Source of the DNA: Elusimicrobiota bacterium
GTDB taxonomy: Bacteria > Elusimicrobiota > Elusimicrobia > Elusimicrobiales > UBA9959
DNA length: 64,000 nucleotides
Assembly (NCBI GenBank): GCA_027340875.1
Contig: DAIENX010000007.1
Coordinates: 1-64,000, forward strand
Direction of reading: 5' to 3'
Shown here: positions 18,122 to 28,079 of the stretch, piece after piece
Numbering within the stretch: the first letter of the stretch is position 1
Layout: the number at the start of each line of letters is the position of its first letter
The notes under the pieces: model-generated
What the model was told of the DNA's origin: nothing
The model's database searches: none
Seen by the model: only the letters and a program-made list of their open reading frames with translations
Program-made: the position numbers and the translations under genes

Positions 18122-19528
18122 CTATTCGAAGCAGAACATCTTCATTATCTTTTCCGAGAGCGGCGCGCAGGCCTCCGGGCCGCGCGAGGAAGCCGCGCGG
18201 TAGCGCCAGTCCTCCCCTTTGCCGGCCCTGACGGCGCGGACGAAGTCCAGCATTTCCGGGATCAGGCAGGTCTCCGGGTTCATCAGCGGGTTCCAGCACC
18301 TCTTCGGCGACGCGGCCGTCAGCAGCTTGTAATATTCGCCGCAGAACGCGGCCCCGGACTTCGGGCGGGCCAGCTCCGCCCAGCCGGAGCAGAAGCCGTC
18401 GTACTTATTCCTCCCGTCCCTGAGCGCGGCGTAGGCCGAGAGGTACGGCAGGGCCGCCTCCTCGCAGGTACGCTTGAGGTCCGGATGTATGGAGCTCAGC
18501 GGAGCGCAGCCCTCCAGCGAGCCTTTCGAGAGGGAGACGCAGACGCCGTACTCCGCCAGCGCGTCCCACAGGTGCTGCTCCGGCATATGCCTGGCGTCGC
18601 CGGAATAGTTCGCTATGACGGTGGATACGTCCACCTTCCGGCCGGCGCACCTGTCCTCGCCTTTCGGCTGCCCGCCGCCGTCGCCGCTGTTGCGGTACTC
18701 GCGCAGCGCGGTGATGGCCTTGCCGCCGCGCATGTTCTTCAGCGCGGCTACGGCGGCCTCGCGCACGCGCGGCGAATCGTCCTTCAGCGCCACTATCGCG
18801 GCGTCCACGGCCGCCGGCTTGTCGATCATACCGAAGGCTTCCACCGCGTAGGTCCTGGCCAGCGGGTCCCTGTCCTTCATCATCTCCAGGGCGGCCCCGA
18901 AGGCCTTGTCCCTGTCTATCTGCACCAGCGCCCGCAGCGCCTTGGTGCGCACGTAGATGCCGGGGTCGCCCAGCAAAGCCGATACCGGCTTATAAGTGGA
19001 CGGCTCCGCTATCCTGCCCAAGGCCTGGACGGCCTTCTCCCTTATCTGCTCCTCCGGGTTTCTGAGGCTCTTCACGAGGAAGTCGACGGCCCGCTTGTCC
19101 CCTATAACGCCCAGCACCTTTATCTCCCACAGCATCGCGGCCGGGCCGCTCCGCTCCGCCGCGCGCAGTATGGCGGGCACGGCGTCCCCGCCCATGTCCT
19201 CGAGCGCCCTTTCGGCGGCGCCCCTTAATTCGGACTCGTCGGAACCGAGGAAGCCGATAAGGGCGGTCACGTTCCTCTCGCCGCGCGCCTTTACCAGGGT
19301 ATTCCTGGCGGCCTGGCGCTTCTTGTCGTCCGGAGACTCGAGCAGGCGCAGCAGGGCCTTCTCGCTCTCAGCGTCCAGCGAGGCGGCGCGCACCTCGCGC
19401 ATCGCGGCCTCCCTGACGGACCTGGCCTGCGCCGCCGGGGCGGCGGGCGCTTCTCCGGCCCGCGCCGGGACCCCGGCCGCGGCCAGCGCTATAGGGACCA
19501 TCAGCATGCGCAATACGGTTCTCTTCAT
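18122..19528 (-). CDS. Secreted HEAT-repeat protein with C-terminal Cys-rich domain
   Basis: AGGAG RBS, signal peptide, PBS-lyase-like HEAT repeats (VREAAVAAL), Cys-rich C-terminus. Confidence 0.85.
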   Translation of the reverse strand: MKRTVLRMLMVPIALAAAGVPARAGEAPAAPAAQARSVREAAMREVRAASLDAESEKALLRLLESPDDKKRQAARNTLVKARGERNVTALIGFLGSDESELRGAAERALEDMGGDAVPAILRAAERSGPAAMLWEIKVLGVIGDKRAVDFLVKSLRNPEEQIREKAVQALGRIAEPSTYKPVSALLGDPGIYVRTKALRALVQIDRDKAFGAALEMMKDRDPLARTYAVEAFGMIDKPAAVDAAIVALKDDSPRVREAAVAALKNMRGGKAITALREYRNSGDGGGQPKGEDRCAGRKVDVSTVIANYSGDARHMPEQHLWDALAEYGVCVSLSKGSLEGCAPLSSIHPDLKRTCEEAALPYLSAYAALRDGRNKYDGFCSGWAELARPKSGAAFCGEYYKLLTAASPKRCWNPLMNPETCLIPEMLDFVRAVRAGKGEDWRYRAASSRGPEACAPLSEKIMKMFCFE

Positions 19529-19552
19529 TTCTCCTCCTGGCGCTCCGGGACT

Positions 19553-20425
19553 TCAGGACCGTGGCAGTTCCACAGTTCCGAATCTTCTTATGTAGTCCGC
19601 GTACACGCCGTCGCACTCGCCGCGCATCGCGCAGCCGCGGCAGGCGGGTATACGCCTCCTCTCGGGAAGCTTCTTCCGGTCCGCTTTCCGGAAACGCCCC
19701 TTACCGGCCACGTACTGCCTGGCCTGGCGCTCGAACATCTCCACCCTGTCGCTGACCTCCCGGAAGAGGCACGGCACCGGCGCGTTTATCAGCGCGGCTT
19801 CCGGCTCCCCGGCGCGCAGGCATTCGATTATGACCGGCGCGGCGTCCTTCACCCTGGGGGTGTGCGGCATCTCCCCGGCCCGCTCTCCGACGTATATGAT
19901 GTTCCACTTCGTCATCCCCAGGCGTCCCAGCAGGGTCCTGATCCGCGGCAGGCGCGAGACGTTCTTCCTGACCACCGTGGTATTGGCCGAGATGTTGCGG
20001 AAGCCGGCGGCGCGCAGATTGGCCACGCCCTTCAGTATGCGGGCGAAGCCGCCCTTCGTGCCGGTGAGCCCGTCATGGACGGAAGCCCTGTCGCCGTGCA
20101 CCGAGAAGCGCACCTCGGTCACCCCCGCCTCCAGCAGGGCCGCGACGAACTTCCGGTCGGCGAACATCCAGCCGTTGGTGGTCAGCATGCGCTGCCTGAA
20201 CCCCAGCCTTTTCGCCGCCCCGAAGATCGCGAAAATATCCTTCCTCAGCGAGGACTCCCCCCCCAGCACGTCCACCGCCTCCGCGCCGGCCCGCCTGGCC
20301 TCCACCAGCTCCGCCAGTATGGCGCGGTGGCTCTTGTCCGGCGCCTTGCCGCGGTACTCCCTGTCCCAGCAGAAGCCGCAGGAGTTGTTGCAGGTGTAGC
20401 CGGTGATCAGCTTGAGCGACCTCAT
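19553..20425 (-). CDS. Radical SAM protein, HxsC-like
   Basis: CNNSCGFC, LGGE, TTNG, C-terminal CRGCAMRGECDG; ATGA overlap with upstream gene. Confidence 0.88.
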   Translation of the reverse strand: MRSLKLITGYTCNNSCGFCWDREYRGKAPDKSHRAILAELVEARRAGAEAVDVLGGESSLRKDIFAIFGAAKRLGFRQRMLTTNGWMFADRKFVAALLEAGVTEVRFSVHGDRASVHDGLTGTKGGFARILKGVANLRAAGFRNISANTTVVRKNVSRLPRIRTLLGRLGMTKWNIIYVGERAGEMPHTPRVKDAAPVIIECLRAGEPEAALINAPVPCLFREVSDRVEMFERQARQYVAGKGRFRKADRKKLPERRRIPACRGCAMRGECDGVYADYIRRFGTVELPRS

Positions 20426-21351
20426 CGCGCCCCCCCGCGCTTCCGGCCGGCCGGGGCCTTCTTGAAGCAGAAATAGGCGTCCAGCGTCCTGCCTGACTTC
20501 CCGGCCCCGTCCCCGGCCGCGAACAGCACCGGCGCCATCGTCATGCCGGCGCGCCTCGCGTAGGCGACGAGCGAGAGTATCTTCTGCAGGGCCGCCGGGC
20601 GCCCTCCGGCGGCGTAAAGCCCGCAGATCTCCCGCATCGCCGGGGTAAGATCGCTTATTCCGCCGGTCTCGTACACCTTGTAGGCCTTCCTCCGGCCGGA
20701 GCCGGCGCCGCGCATCTCGTAATAGAAGCACTTCTTTTCCAGCCCCAGCCCCGCCATCGTCCGCTTCTGCCAGGGCGGCACGCGCAGCCCGGCCGGCGCT
20801 TCCCGCCTGAAATAGAGCTTGAAGTCGCGGCCGCGGCCCGGCGTCAGGTCCAGACAGACGGCCGACAGCGCGTCCAGGTCCGCCTTGGACGGAAGCCTCT
20901 TCAGGCCGCAGGCCCCGGAAAGCAGGCCGGCCTTCAACCGCCCGTCATAGACGGGATAAAGTTCCTCGTGGTAGACCTTCAGCCGCGGGGCGTTCTGGCC
21001 GGTGCCCCAGTCCAGGCCCAGCGTGGTCTGATGGGCCGCGCCCAGCGCCGCGCCGGCCTTCAGGAAGCGTCCGAGCGCGGCCAGGTCGTAGCTGTCTCCG
21101 AAAGAAGCGGCATAGCGCATTATCACCCGGCCCAGCGCCCCGCGCTCGCCGAAATCGCTGACGCTGAAGCGGAAGGCCCCCGGATCGGAGGAGGAGACGC
21201 AGACGTCGAGCTTCTGGTTGAGCGGCAGCCATTCTCCCTTCACCCTGCCGGCGAACAGCCCGGCGATGGCGGCCAGGCCGGCCGGCGGGACCTGAGGGGC
21301 CCCCTCGCCGAGGAGCCTGAACAGGCCGGGCAGGGACCCCGCGCTCCGCAT
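20422..21351 (-). CDS. Hypothetical protein, possible ABBA/LynF-type prenyltransferase fold
   Basis: Repeated G/C-L-D...K-(V/L)-Y strand motifs (GLDW..RLKVY, CLDL..FKLYF); coupled within the operon. Confidence 0.6.
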   Translation of the reverse strand: MRSAGSLPGLFRLLGEGAPQVPPAGLAAIAGLFAGRVKGEWLPLNQKLDVCVSSSDPGAFRFSVSDFGERGALGRVIMRYAASFGDSYDLAALGRFLKAGAALGAAHQTTLGLDWGTGQNAPRLKVYHEELYPVYDGRLKAGLLSGACGLKRLPSKADLDALSAVCLDLTPGRGRDFKLYFRREAPAGLRVPPWQKRTMAGLGLEKKCFYYEMRGAGSGRRKAYKVYETGGISDLTPAMREICGLYAAGGRPAALQKILSLVAYARRAGMTMAPVLFAAGDGAGKSGRTLDAYFCFKKAPAGRKRGGAR

Positions 21352-22373
21352 CAGCGCCCCTCTATGTCGCTGGTAAGCTCGTTGTATTTCTTGAGCAGCC
21401 GCTTTTTGGCGAGGGCCTTGCGCATCTCTCCCGCGAACTCGGTGAACAGCAGGCCGGCCTTCACGTTGTTCCGGAGGTTGCCCACGATGTTGTTCTCGCG
21501 GTAGATGATGGACATGGCCCGCGTGTTGGACAGCCGGCCCGGGTGCAGCTTGTCTATGCTCAGCTCCGGGTCGGAGATATGGCCCAGGATGTAGCGGTTG
21601 CGCACGGCGTCGTCCTTGACCAGGTAGGCCAGGCAGGCGGAATAGATGTTGCCGTCGATGTTCACCGACAGCTCGGTGTTCATCGGCATCGGCGAAAGCC
21701 AGTTCTTAACGTTCAGCAGCGCCACGCCCTTGTCCTTCAGCGCGGCCACCGCCGCCGGCACCAGCTCCTTCAGCTTCTTCCTCAGCAGCTTCAGCTTGGC
21801 GTCGGTGAACTTGGGGCCGCAGGAGACCATTATCCAGACCTTCTTGAAGCCCAGCTCCACCAGCGAATTGAAGCTCTCCAGCAGCCGCGGCGCGGTATCG
21901 GGCGTGATCACGGTGTAGCAGTAGGCGTCCAGGCCGTTGCGGAAGATCATCGGCAGGTTCTTCACCACCAGCGGGTAGGTCTCGTCCTTGCAGCCCATCC
22001 GCGGCCTGTTCTTGTTGTGCGAGCGGCGGTCGCCGTCCAGGCTGACTATCAGCAGCACGTCGTGCTTCTTGAAATAGGCTATCTTCGCCTCGTCGAGCAG
22101 CGTCGCGTTCGTCGTCATGATGAACTTGACCGTCTTGCCCAGCGAGGCCGCCTTGCGCTCGCCGTACTCTATCGTCCTGCGGATCAGGTCGAACGGCAGC
22201 AGCAGCGGTTCGCCGCCGAAGAACTCCATCTTCAGCTCCTTGTCCTGCGAGCCGCAGAGCAGGTCCACAGCCTTGAAGAGGTAGTCCTCGGGTATATACT
22301 TGTTCTCGAAATGGACCTTGCAGTAAGTGCAGCGCAGGTTGCAGGCCCAGGTGGTCACGACTAGAAGGTACAT
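21351..22373 (-). CDS. Radical SAM protein (peptide-maturase type)
   Basis: CNLRCTYC, FFGGEPLL, TTNATLL, SLDG. Confidence 0.9.
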   Translation of the reverse strand: MYLLVVTTWACNLRCTYCKVHFENKYIPEDYLFKAVDLLCGSQDKELKMEFFGGEPLLLPFDLIRRTIEYGERKAASLGKTVKFIMTTNATLLDEAKIAYFKKHDVLLIVSLDGDRRSHNKNRPRMGCKDETYPLVVKNLPMIFRNGLDAYCYTVITPDTAPRLLESFNSLVELGFKKVWIMVSCGPKFTDAKLKLLRKKLKELVPAAVAALKDKGVALLNVKNWLSPMPMNTELSVNIDGNIYSACLAYLVKDDAVRNRYILGHISDPELSIDKLHPGRLSNTRAMSIIYRENNIVGNLRNNVKAGLLFTEFAGEMRKALAKKRLLKKYNELTSDIEGR

Positions 22374-22377
22374 GTTC

Positions 22378-24141
22378 TCATCCTATTTCCCCGGACCCGA
22401 ACCTGCCCAGGTACTCCGAGAAGACCCCGGGGCAGCGCCGGCAGGGGCCGCAGGAGGCGGGCCTCGTCCGGCCGAACTCGGCGGAGGAATTTATCTCATT
22501 ATAATAAAATAAGCCGTCCCGGAAGACCAGCAGCCTGGCGGCCGGCGCCTGCCTGAAACTGGAAGCTCCGGGGAACACGCCGCGCAGCCTGTCCACCACG
22601 CAGTCCGGGAAGAGCGTGAACTGGGCGCGTCCGGAAGCCCGCGAGCGGCGGTAGGCCTCTACCAGGCTGGCATATGAGGGCAGCGCGCTCAGGTACCGTT
22701 TCTCCCCGCCCGGGCCCTGGTTGTCCGGGTAGTAATGCCAGACGGAAAGGCCCCAGTCGCCGGAGTAGGAGCCGACCAGCCCGCCCAGGGCCGGCAGCTC
22801 CCGCGCGTTCTTCTTCAGCGCCACCGCGTGGAAGCTGACGTCCAGGCGGTCTCGCTTGGCCAGCCTCTCCATCAGCGATATCAGCTTCCGCCAGGAGCCG
22901 GGCCGGCCGGTGACCGAGTCGTGCGTCTTCGCGGAGGCGCCGTATATCGGCAGCTCCAGCCCGGTCACGCCCAGCTTCTCCAGACCGTCGAGCGCCGCGT
23001 CGTCCAGCGCGAGGCCGGTGGTCCAGAGCCTGATCTTCCGGTAGCCGGCGCCGCGGCAGCGCCGCAGGAGCTCACCCAGCGCCGGGAACCTGTCGGCCCT
23101 GTCCCTGCCCCAGATATTCAGGGTCCTGTCCTTGTTCACCACGGAGAGGAACCTGCCCAGAACCGGAGACCCCGGGTCGAAGTCCAGCTTCTCCCGCGCC
23201 AGCCGGTGGTACTGCCTGCCGCGTATGACGCGCGAGTCGAAGGCGCAGGTGAAATCGCTGGCCCCGTACTGCAGGTCTATCGCCGCCAGGAAGTCCCGGC
23301 CGGCGGAGGGCTTTTCGCCGGCGAGGACCGCGTCGGGCATCACGAGGCGTCCGCCGCCTACGGCGTCGGAGTAGAGGTACCTGTTGCGCCTCAGCTCGTC
23401 TATGCGGCTGGCGGGCGGCAGGAAGCCCAGGTCGCCGCCCAGGTCCTCCACGAGGACCCTGGTCGATAGCCCGGCCATGCGGGCGCGCACGGCTCTAACG
23501 GCCGAGACGAAGCCTTTCCGGTCCAGCAGGCCGCGCGGCGCGGCGCCGCCGGGATAGCCGGCCAGCGGCCTGGCCAGCGTGATGAAGGAGAGGCCGAAGC
23601 CGTCGAGCAGGGAGAGGACGGCGCCGAGCGACGCGGCGTTGACCCGCGTCACCGGCACGGCCGCGCCCACTTCCCTGATGCCGGCCGTTCTGGCCGCGCG
23701 CAGGCCGGCGAGGTTCTCCGCGAAGGCTTCGCGCCCGACGCCGCAGACGCGCGCGTAGGTCTTCCCGTCGGCGGCCGGCACCGAGACTATGGCGTAGCCC
23801 AGCCCCGCCGAGGCGAGGCCGGCGGCCAGGCCGGGGCGCAGCAAGCCGCGGCCGTTGGTGGACAAGCCTATGGTGGAGTAGCCCATGGCGCGGGCCGCCG
23901 CCACGAACCCCGGCAGGCCGGGGTGCGCGGCCGGCTCCCCGCCGGTGAACTCCACGTGATCGAGGCCCATGGACCTGCCGTATTTGAGCCCGGCCAGCAC
24001 CTTGCCGGCAGGGGCCAGGGCGCCGGACAGCCCGCAGGCGCAGTAGCCGCAGCGGTTGTCGCAGGCGTCGGAAACGGAAAGGGAAAGTCTGCTGAGGCTT
24101 TCCCCGGAAACGCCTCCCGTGGGAACGGCTTCTTCAGCCAC
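22378..24141 (-). CDS. Tandem radical SAM protein; second domain lacks CX3CX2C
   Basis: CDNRCGYC/TGGEP/STNG, then a second barrel-like unit (WTTG, HDSVTGRPGSW) and C-terminal CGPCRRCPG. Confidence 0.8.
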   Translation of the reverse strand: MAEEAVPTGGVSGESLSRLSLSVSDACDNRCGYCACGLSGALAPAGKVLAGLKYGRSMGLDHVEFTGGEPAAHPGLPGFVAAARAMGYSTIGLSTNGRGLLRPGLAAGLASAGLGYAIVSVPAADGKTYARVCGVGREAFAENLAGLRAARTAGIREVGAAVPVTRVNAASLGAVLSLLDGFGLSFITLARPLAGYPGGAAPRGLLDRKGFVSAVRAVRARMAGLSTRVLVEDLGGDLGFLPPASRIDELRRNRYLYSDAVGGGRLVMPDAVLAGEKPSAGRDFLAAIDLQYGASDFTCAFDSRVIRGRQYHRLAREKLDFDPGSPVLGRFLSVVNKDRTLNIWGRDRADRFPALGELLRRCRGAGYRKIRLWTTGLALDDAALDGLEKLGVTGLELPIYGASAKTHDSVTGRPGSWRKLISLMERLAKRDRLDVSFHAVALKKNARELPALGGLVGSYSGDWGLSVWHYYPDNQGPGGEKRYLSALPSYASLVEAYRRSRASGRAQFTLFPDCVVDRLRGVFPGASSFRQAPAARLLVFRDGLFYYNEINSSAEFGRTRPASCGPCRRCPGVFSEYLGRFGSGEIG

Positions 24142-24988
24142 GGCGCCTCCGTGCCACCAGGAATTTAACCATCTCCACCGCGTAAGACTTTACGAAGCCG
24201 GGGCAGGAGACGGAATGCGGGCAGGCGGAGCAGACCCCGGCGGGCTTCACCCGCAGGCGCGGCTGGAAATCGGCCCCGGAGACCTCCCCGGCGGGGCAGG
24301 GCAGGCCCAGCTTCTCCGCCACGCAGAGCGGCACCGCCCCGCCGGCAGGCAGCATGCACCTGAGCCCCAGCTTCCGGCGGAAGCCGGCTATGGCGGAAAG
24401 CGAGCGCAGCGCGGCGGCCGCGTCGGGTATCAGCCAGCGCCTGGCCCGGACGCGCGCGCAGTCCGGCTCCAGCAGAGAAAGCACGATGTCCTTAACTCCG
24501 TATTTCTTCCTCAGTTCGCGCACCAGGGCAGGCGCGGAGGACTGGTTGCCGGAATAGACCAGGAAATTGACGGCGGTCCTTATCCCGGCGCGGCGCAGGT
24601 TCTTCAGCGCGGCTTCCTTTTTGGCGAAGCCGCCTTTTACCCCGGCGAGAGCGTCGTATCTCTCCGGGGCCGATTCGAAGAAGCTGAGCACGACCTCGTC
24701 CAGGCCCGCCCCGGCCAGCTCCTCCAGGTAATCGGCGGAGGCCAGCCTGAGGCCGTTCGTCAGCAGCGCCACGTACTTGCCGCCCTTCTTCAGCCGGCGC
24801 ACGAGGCCGGGCAGGCCGGGATGCAGCGTGGGCTCGCCGCCGGTCACGTTCACCCGCGCGGGCCCGGGCTCGGCGGCCAGGGCGGCGGCCTGCCTGGCGG
24901 CCCCGTCCTTCCGCTTCACGCCGCCGGCGTCGCAGAACAGGCAGTCCTGGTTGCAGCCGCAGGAAAGTACCAGGCGGGAGGTCTTCAT
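24134..24988 (-). CDS. Radical SAM protein, HxsC-like
   Basis: CNQDCLFC, TGGEPTL, PLC, CSACPHSVSCPG; ATGA overlap. Confidence 0.88.
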   Translation of the reverse strand: MKTSRLVLSCGCNQDCLFCDAGGVKRKDGAARQAAALAAEPGPARVNVTGGEPTLHPGLPGLVRRLKKGGKYVALLTNGLRLASADYLEELAGAGLDEVVLSFFESAPERYDALAGVKGGFAKKEAALKNLRRAGIRTAVNFLVYSGNQSSAPALVRELRKKYGVKDIVLSLLEPDCARVRARRWLIPDAAAALRSLSAIAGFRRKLGLRCMLPAGGAVPLCVAEKLGLPCPAGEVSGADFQPRLRVKPAGVCSACPHSVSCPGFVKSYAVEMVKFLVARRRRG

Positions 24989-25935
24989 TTCGCTCTCTTC
25001 CGCCGCTTCGGCCCCGCCCCCGCGGCGGCGGGGCGGCACGGAACGAACTCGCCCCAGCCGAAAAGCTCCGGGTACTCGCGCCAGGGACCCTCGCACCTGT
25101 CGAAGAAGGCGCAGGACGGACACTTCGGCCCCTTGGCCTTGCCCTCGTTCAGCCTGTATTTACCGAAATCCTCTATCACGGTCCCCGCGTCGAAGATCTT
25201 GGTGCGCGGGATTATCGTCTCGGCCACGTAGTCCTCGTAGCCGCCCATGAAGCAGTACGGTATGGCCTCGGTCATAACGCGCAGGCCGGCGGCAAGGCCG
25301 ATGTCCAGGCCGCGCTTCACGAAAGGCTCCATCACGGTCTTCTTCGGGATCAGCCACCTGGCGTTCGCGGCGGCGCTGCCGAGTATGTGCACGAAGGCGA
25401 ACTGGAACTGGTCCACGCCCAGCTTGGCCAGCAGCGTGGCTATGGCCGGCAGGTCCTGCGTGTTGGGTTTGGTTATCACGGTGTTGGTGATGACCCGGAA
25501 CCCCGCCTTCTTCAGGTTCATTATCCCGGTCACGGTCTCGCGGAACGAGCCCCCGGCTCCGGTGAGGTAGTCGTGTATCTCCGCCCTGGACCCGTGCAGG
25601 GCCGGCGAGGCCTCGGTGGCCCCTGCCGCCGCCGCCTCGCGGCAGAACTCGGGGTAGCGGAACATGCGGCCGTTGCTCTGGATCTGGATGTTGCGGTAGC
25701 CGGTCTTCTTCGCCTCGCGCACTATCTGCAGGAATTCCTTGTGCAGCGTGGGCTCGCCGCCGGTCAGGACCAGCTCCCGGCCGCCGTCCTCGTAGCCGCG
25801 CCTCAGCTCCCTGCGCAGCTGCGCCATGTCCTTGGGCTGGTGCTTCTCCCGCTTCTTGCCCTGCACGCAGAACACGCACATGTTGTTGCAGCCGAAGGCG
25901 ACTTTAAGGTCTATCCGCTTCAGGGGTCCGTTCAT
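24985..25935 (-). CDS. Radical SAM protein, HxsC-like
   Basis: CNNMCVFC, TGGEPTL, QSNGRM, PYC, CPSCAFFDRCEG; ATGA overlap. Confidence 0.9.
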   Translation of the reverse strand: MNGPLKRIDLKVAFGCNNMCVFCVQGKKREKHQPKDMAQLRRELRRGYEDGGRELVLTGGEPTLHKEFLQIVREAKKTGYRNIQIQSNGRMFRYPEFCREAAAAGATEASPALHGSRAEIHDYLTGAGGSFRETVTGIMNLKKAGFRVITNTVITKPNTQDLPAIATLLAKLGVDQFQFAFVHILGSAAANARWLIPKKTVMEPFVKRGLDIGLAAGLRVMTEAIPYCFMGGYEDYVAETIIPRTKIFDAGTVIEDFGKYRLNEGKAKGPKCPSCAFFDRCEGPWREYPELFGWGEFVPCRPAAAGAGPKRRKRAK

Positions 25936-27143
25936 ATGAGGCTCCACAGGCGCCGCAGGGCGATCTTGGCCAGCAGCAGCACGTTGCCGCCGGACAGCGC
26001 CGCGGTGACGGCCAGGCCGGCGACTATCCAGAAGGCGAAGGGGCGCACGTGGAAGACCGGCACCCCCACGTCGTCCTTCGAATCGGCGGCTTTGCTCCTG
26101 ACGTATTCCTTGAGGCCCTCCAGCTGTTCGGCGGTCAGGCCGTCGCGGTACCGGTCGAAGCCGTACTTCTCCGCCAGCTCCGGCTCGGCCTCGCGCAGCT
26201 GCTGCAGGTATTCCTCGGAGATTATCATGCCCGGCGTTAGGCTGTCGAGACAGACGCGGCGCGTGCCGGACAGCGCCAGGTGCCGGTCGGCGACGGCGTA
26301 CAAAACGCCCCTGAACAGCATGAACTCCATGCTCATCACGAATCCGTACAGCACCAGCCTGGCGAGGCTGAGCGTCTCGGGATTAAGCCTGGACGCGACG
26401 GCCAGGAGCAGCAGGCCGGCGAGCAGCGCGCGCGGACCGGCCTTACCGGCCAGCCAGCCGACGCGCCCGCCCAGCGCGAACATCAGGATGAAGAGGATGT
26501 TGCTGTTCACCTGGAAGCCGCCGGTATGCGCCGAGTTCCAGGCCGAGACGAAGCTGAACAGCAGAGCGCTGAAGGAGAAGGTCACCAGCCGGCCCGGCTC
26601 CCTCGCCAGTCCGGCGGCGGCGGCGCGGGCGGCCGCCCAGCTCTTCCCGAAGGCTTTGATGGTCCCGTCCGAGAAGAGCAGGCCGAGCTGCTCCCTGGAC
26701 ATCTGCGCGAAATATACCGCCGCGGGCGGGACGAAGATGTTGACCAGCAGCGACAGCACCAGCGCCACCGGCGCCCAGCTGGCGTACGAGATGACCATCG
26801 GTAGCGCCGCGCAGAGCAGGGCGAAGAGCTTGGCGTCGCCCGCCGGCCACACCGCGGTCTTCCAAAGTATTATCCCAGCCAGCAGGCCGAGGGCCGCGTT
26901 CTCCAGCAGCACCAGGTAGTACCTGTAAACGAAGAACGGCTCCCAGAATGGGCCGTGCAGCCCGTACCTGGTCCCGGCCACGCTGACGGACAGCATGACC
27001 GCGGCGGCGGCCAGGACGGCAGCCCCGCCGCGGGCCAGGCTCCTGTTGCGTATCTTGCCGCAAAGGTCGTCCTCCCTGACCACCCTGAGCAGCAGGACGG
27101 TCAGGTACAGCGTCAGCAGCAGGCTTACTATCGGCAGGTACAT
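25932..27143 (-). CDS. A24-family (prepilin/preflagellin) GxGD-type membrane aspartic peptidase
   Basis: Multi-TM; EDD..GKIRN first-Asp region, PAGDAKL second-Asp motif, C-terminal PFAFWI as in FlaK-like peptidases. Confidence 0.75.
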   Translation of the reverse strand: MYLPIVSLLLTLYLTVLLLRVVREDDLCGKIRNRSLARGGAAVLAAAAVMLSVSVAGTRYGLHGPFWEPFFVYRYYLVLLENAALGLLAGIILWKTAVWPAGDAKLFALLCAALPMVISYASWAPVALVLSLLVNIFVPPAAVYFAQMSREQLGLLFSDGTIKAFGKSWAAARAAAAGLAREPGRLVTFSFSALLFSFVSAWNSAHTGGFQVNSNILFILMFALGGRVGWLAGKAGPRALLAGLLLLAVASRLNPETLSLARLVLYGFVMSMEFMLFRGVLYAVADRHLALSGTRRVCLDSLTPGMIISEEYLQQLREAEPELAEKYGFDRYRDGLTAEQLEGLKEYVRSKAADSKDDVGVPVFHVRPFAFWIVAGLAVTAALSGGNVLLLAKIALRRLWSLI

Positions 27144-27147
27144 AGTT

Positions 27148-28077
27148 CTAGCGTCCGAGTATCCTGGCCGCTATAGCGGCCGGGTCCGAGAACATCGGGC
27201 ACAGCTCCTCCGACTTGTAGTACACGTCCTTCTTATAGAGCCCGGCGCAGATCCTCTTCAGCGTGCAGGCGGCGCAGCGCCCGCCCTTGCCGTAGCTCCA
27301 GTCCTCCTGCACTATGAGCTCCTTCTCGTCCAGGAAATACGTGAGCCGGTTCTCGCCCTTCACTATCTTCCTGGTCTCCGTGGAGCAGTGCGCGAACTCG
27401 GCCATGAAGCAGAGCGGCACGCGCTCCACGCGGAAAGTCCGCCCGCCGGCCTCGAGGAAACGCATCGCGGCGGCCAGCGAGGCCTCGAAGCCGGACAGCG
27501 TGGGTATGGTGTCCGGGAACTCCACCACGCGCTCCATGCCCGGGTCCATATTGTTGAAGACGAAATGCGAGATGAACGGGTACTTCGCGCAGAGGAAGCG
27601 CGCGGCCAGGTGCAGATGGCCGGAGTTGTAGCGGTTGATGACGGTGTTCACGTTCACCGAAACGCCCAGCTTGGCGGCGTTGTCCAGGGTACTGAAGAGG
27701 TTCGTCAGCGAGCCCTTGGTCCTGGAAAGGTGCTCCTGCAGCGCCGGCACGTGAGAATGTATCGAGACGTGCAGATGTCTCAGCCCGGCGCGGCAGAGCC
27801 TGGAGAAATACTTCAAGTCCGCCGTGCGCTGGCCGTTGGTTACTATCCGCGGCTCCATGCCGAGCGTCCGCGCGTAGGCTATGAAGTCCGGCAGCTTGGG
27901 ATGCAGCGTCGGCTCGCCGCCGGTGAAGATTATGCCGGAGGCCTTCCGCTTCGCGTAGTCGCGCATCATAGCGCCGGCCTTTTCCGCGCTTATCACGCTG
28001 CCGTTGGAGGGATTGGAGCAGAACCGGCAGTTCTGGTTGCATTCCCTGGTAAGCTGCAGATAATAAAGCTTCGCCAT
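27148..28077 (-). CDS. Radical SAM protein, HxsC-like
   Basis: CNQNCRFC, TGGEPTL, VPLC, CAACTLKRICAG. Confidence 0.9.
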   Translation of the reverse strand: MAKLYYLQLTRECNQNCRFCSNPSNGSVISAEKAGAMMRDYAKRKASGIIFTGGEPTLHPKLPDFIAYARTLGMEPRIVTNGQRTADLKYFSRLCRAGLRHLHVSIHSHVPALQEHLSRTKGSLTNLFSTLDNAAKLGVSVNVNTVINRYNSGHLHLAARFLCAKYPFISHFVFNNMDPGMERVVEFPDTIPTLSGFEASLAAAMRFLEAGGRTFRVERVPLCFMAEFAHCSTETRKIVKGENRLTYFLDEKELIVQEDWSYGKGGRCAACTLKRICAGLYKKDVYYKSEELCPMFSDPAAIAARILGR

Positions 28078-28079
28078 AG

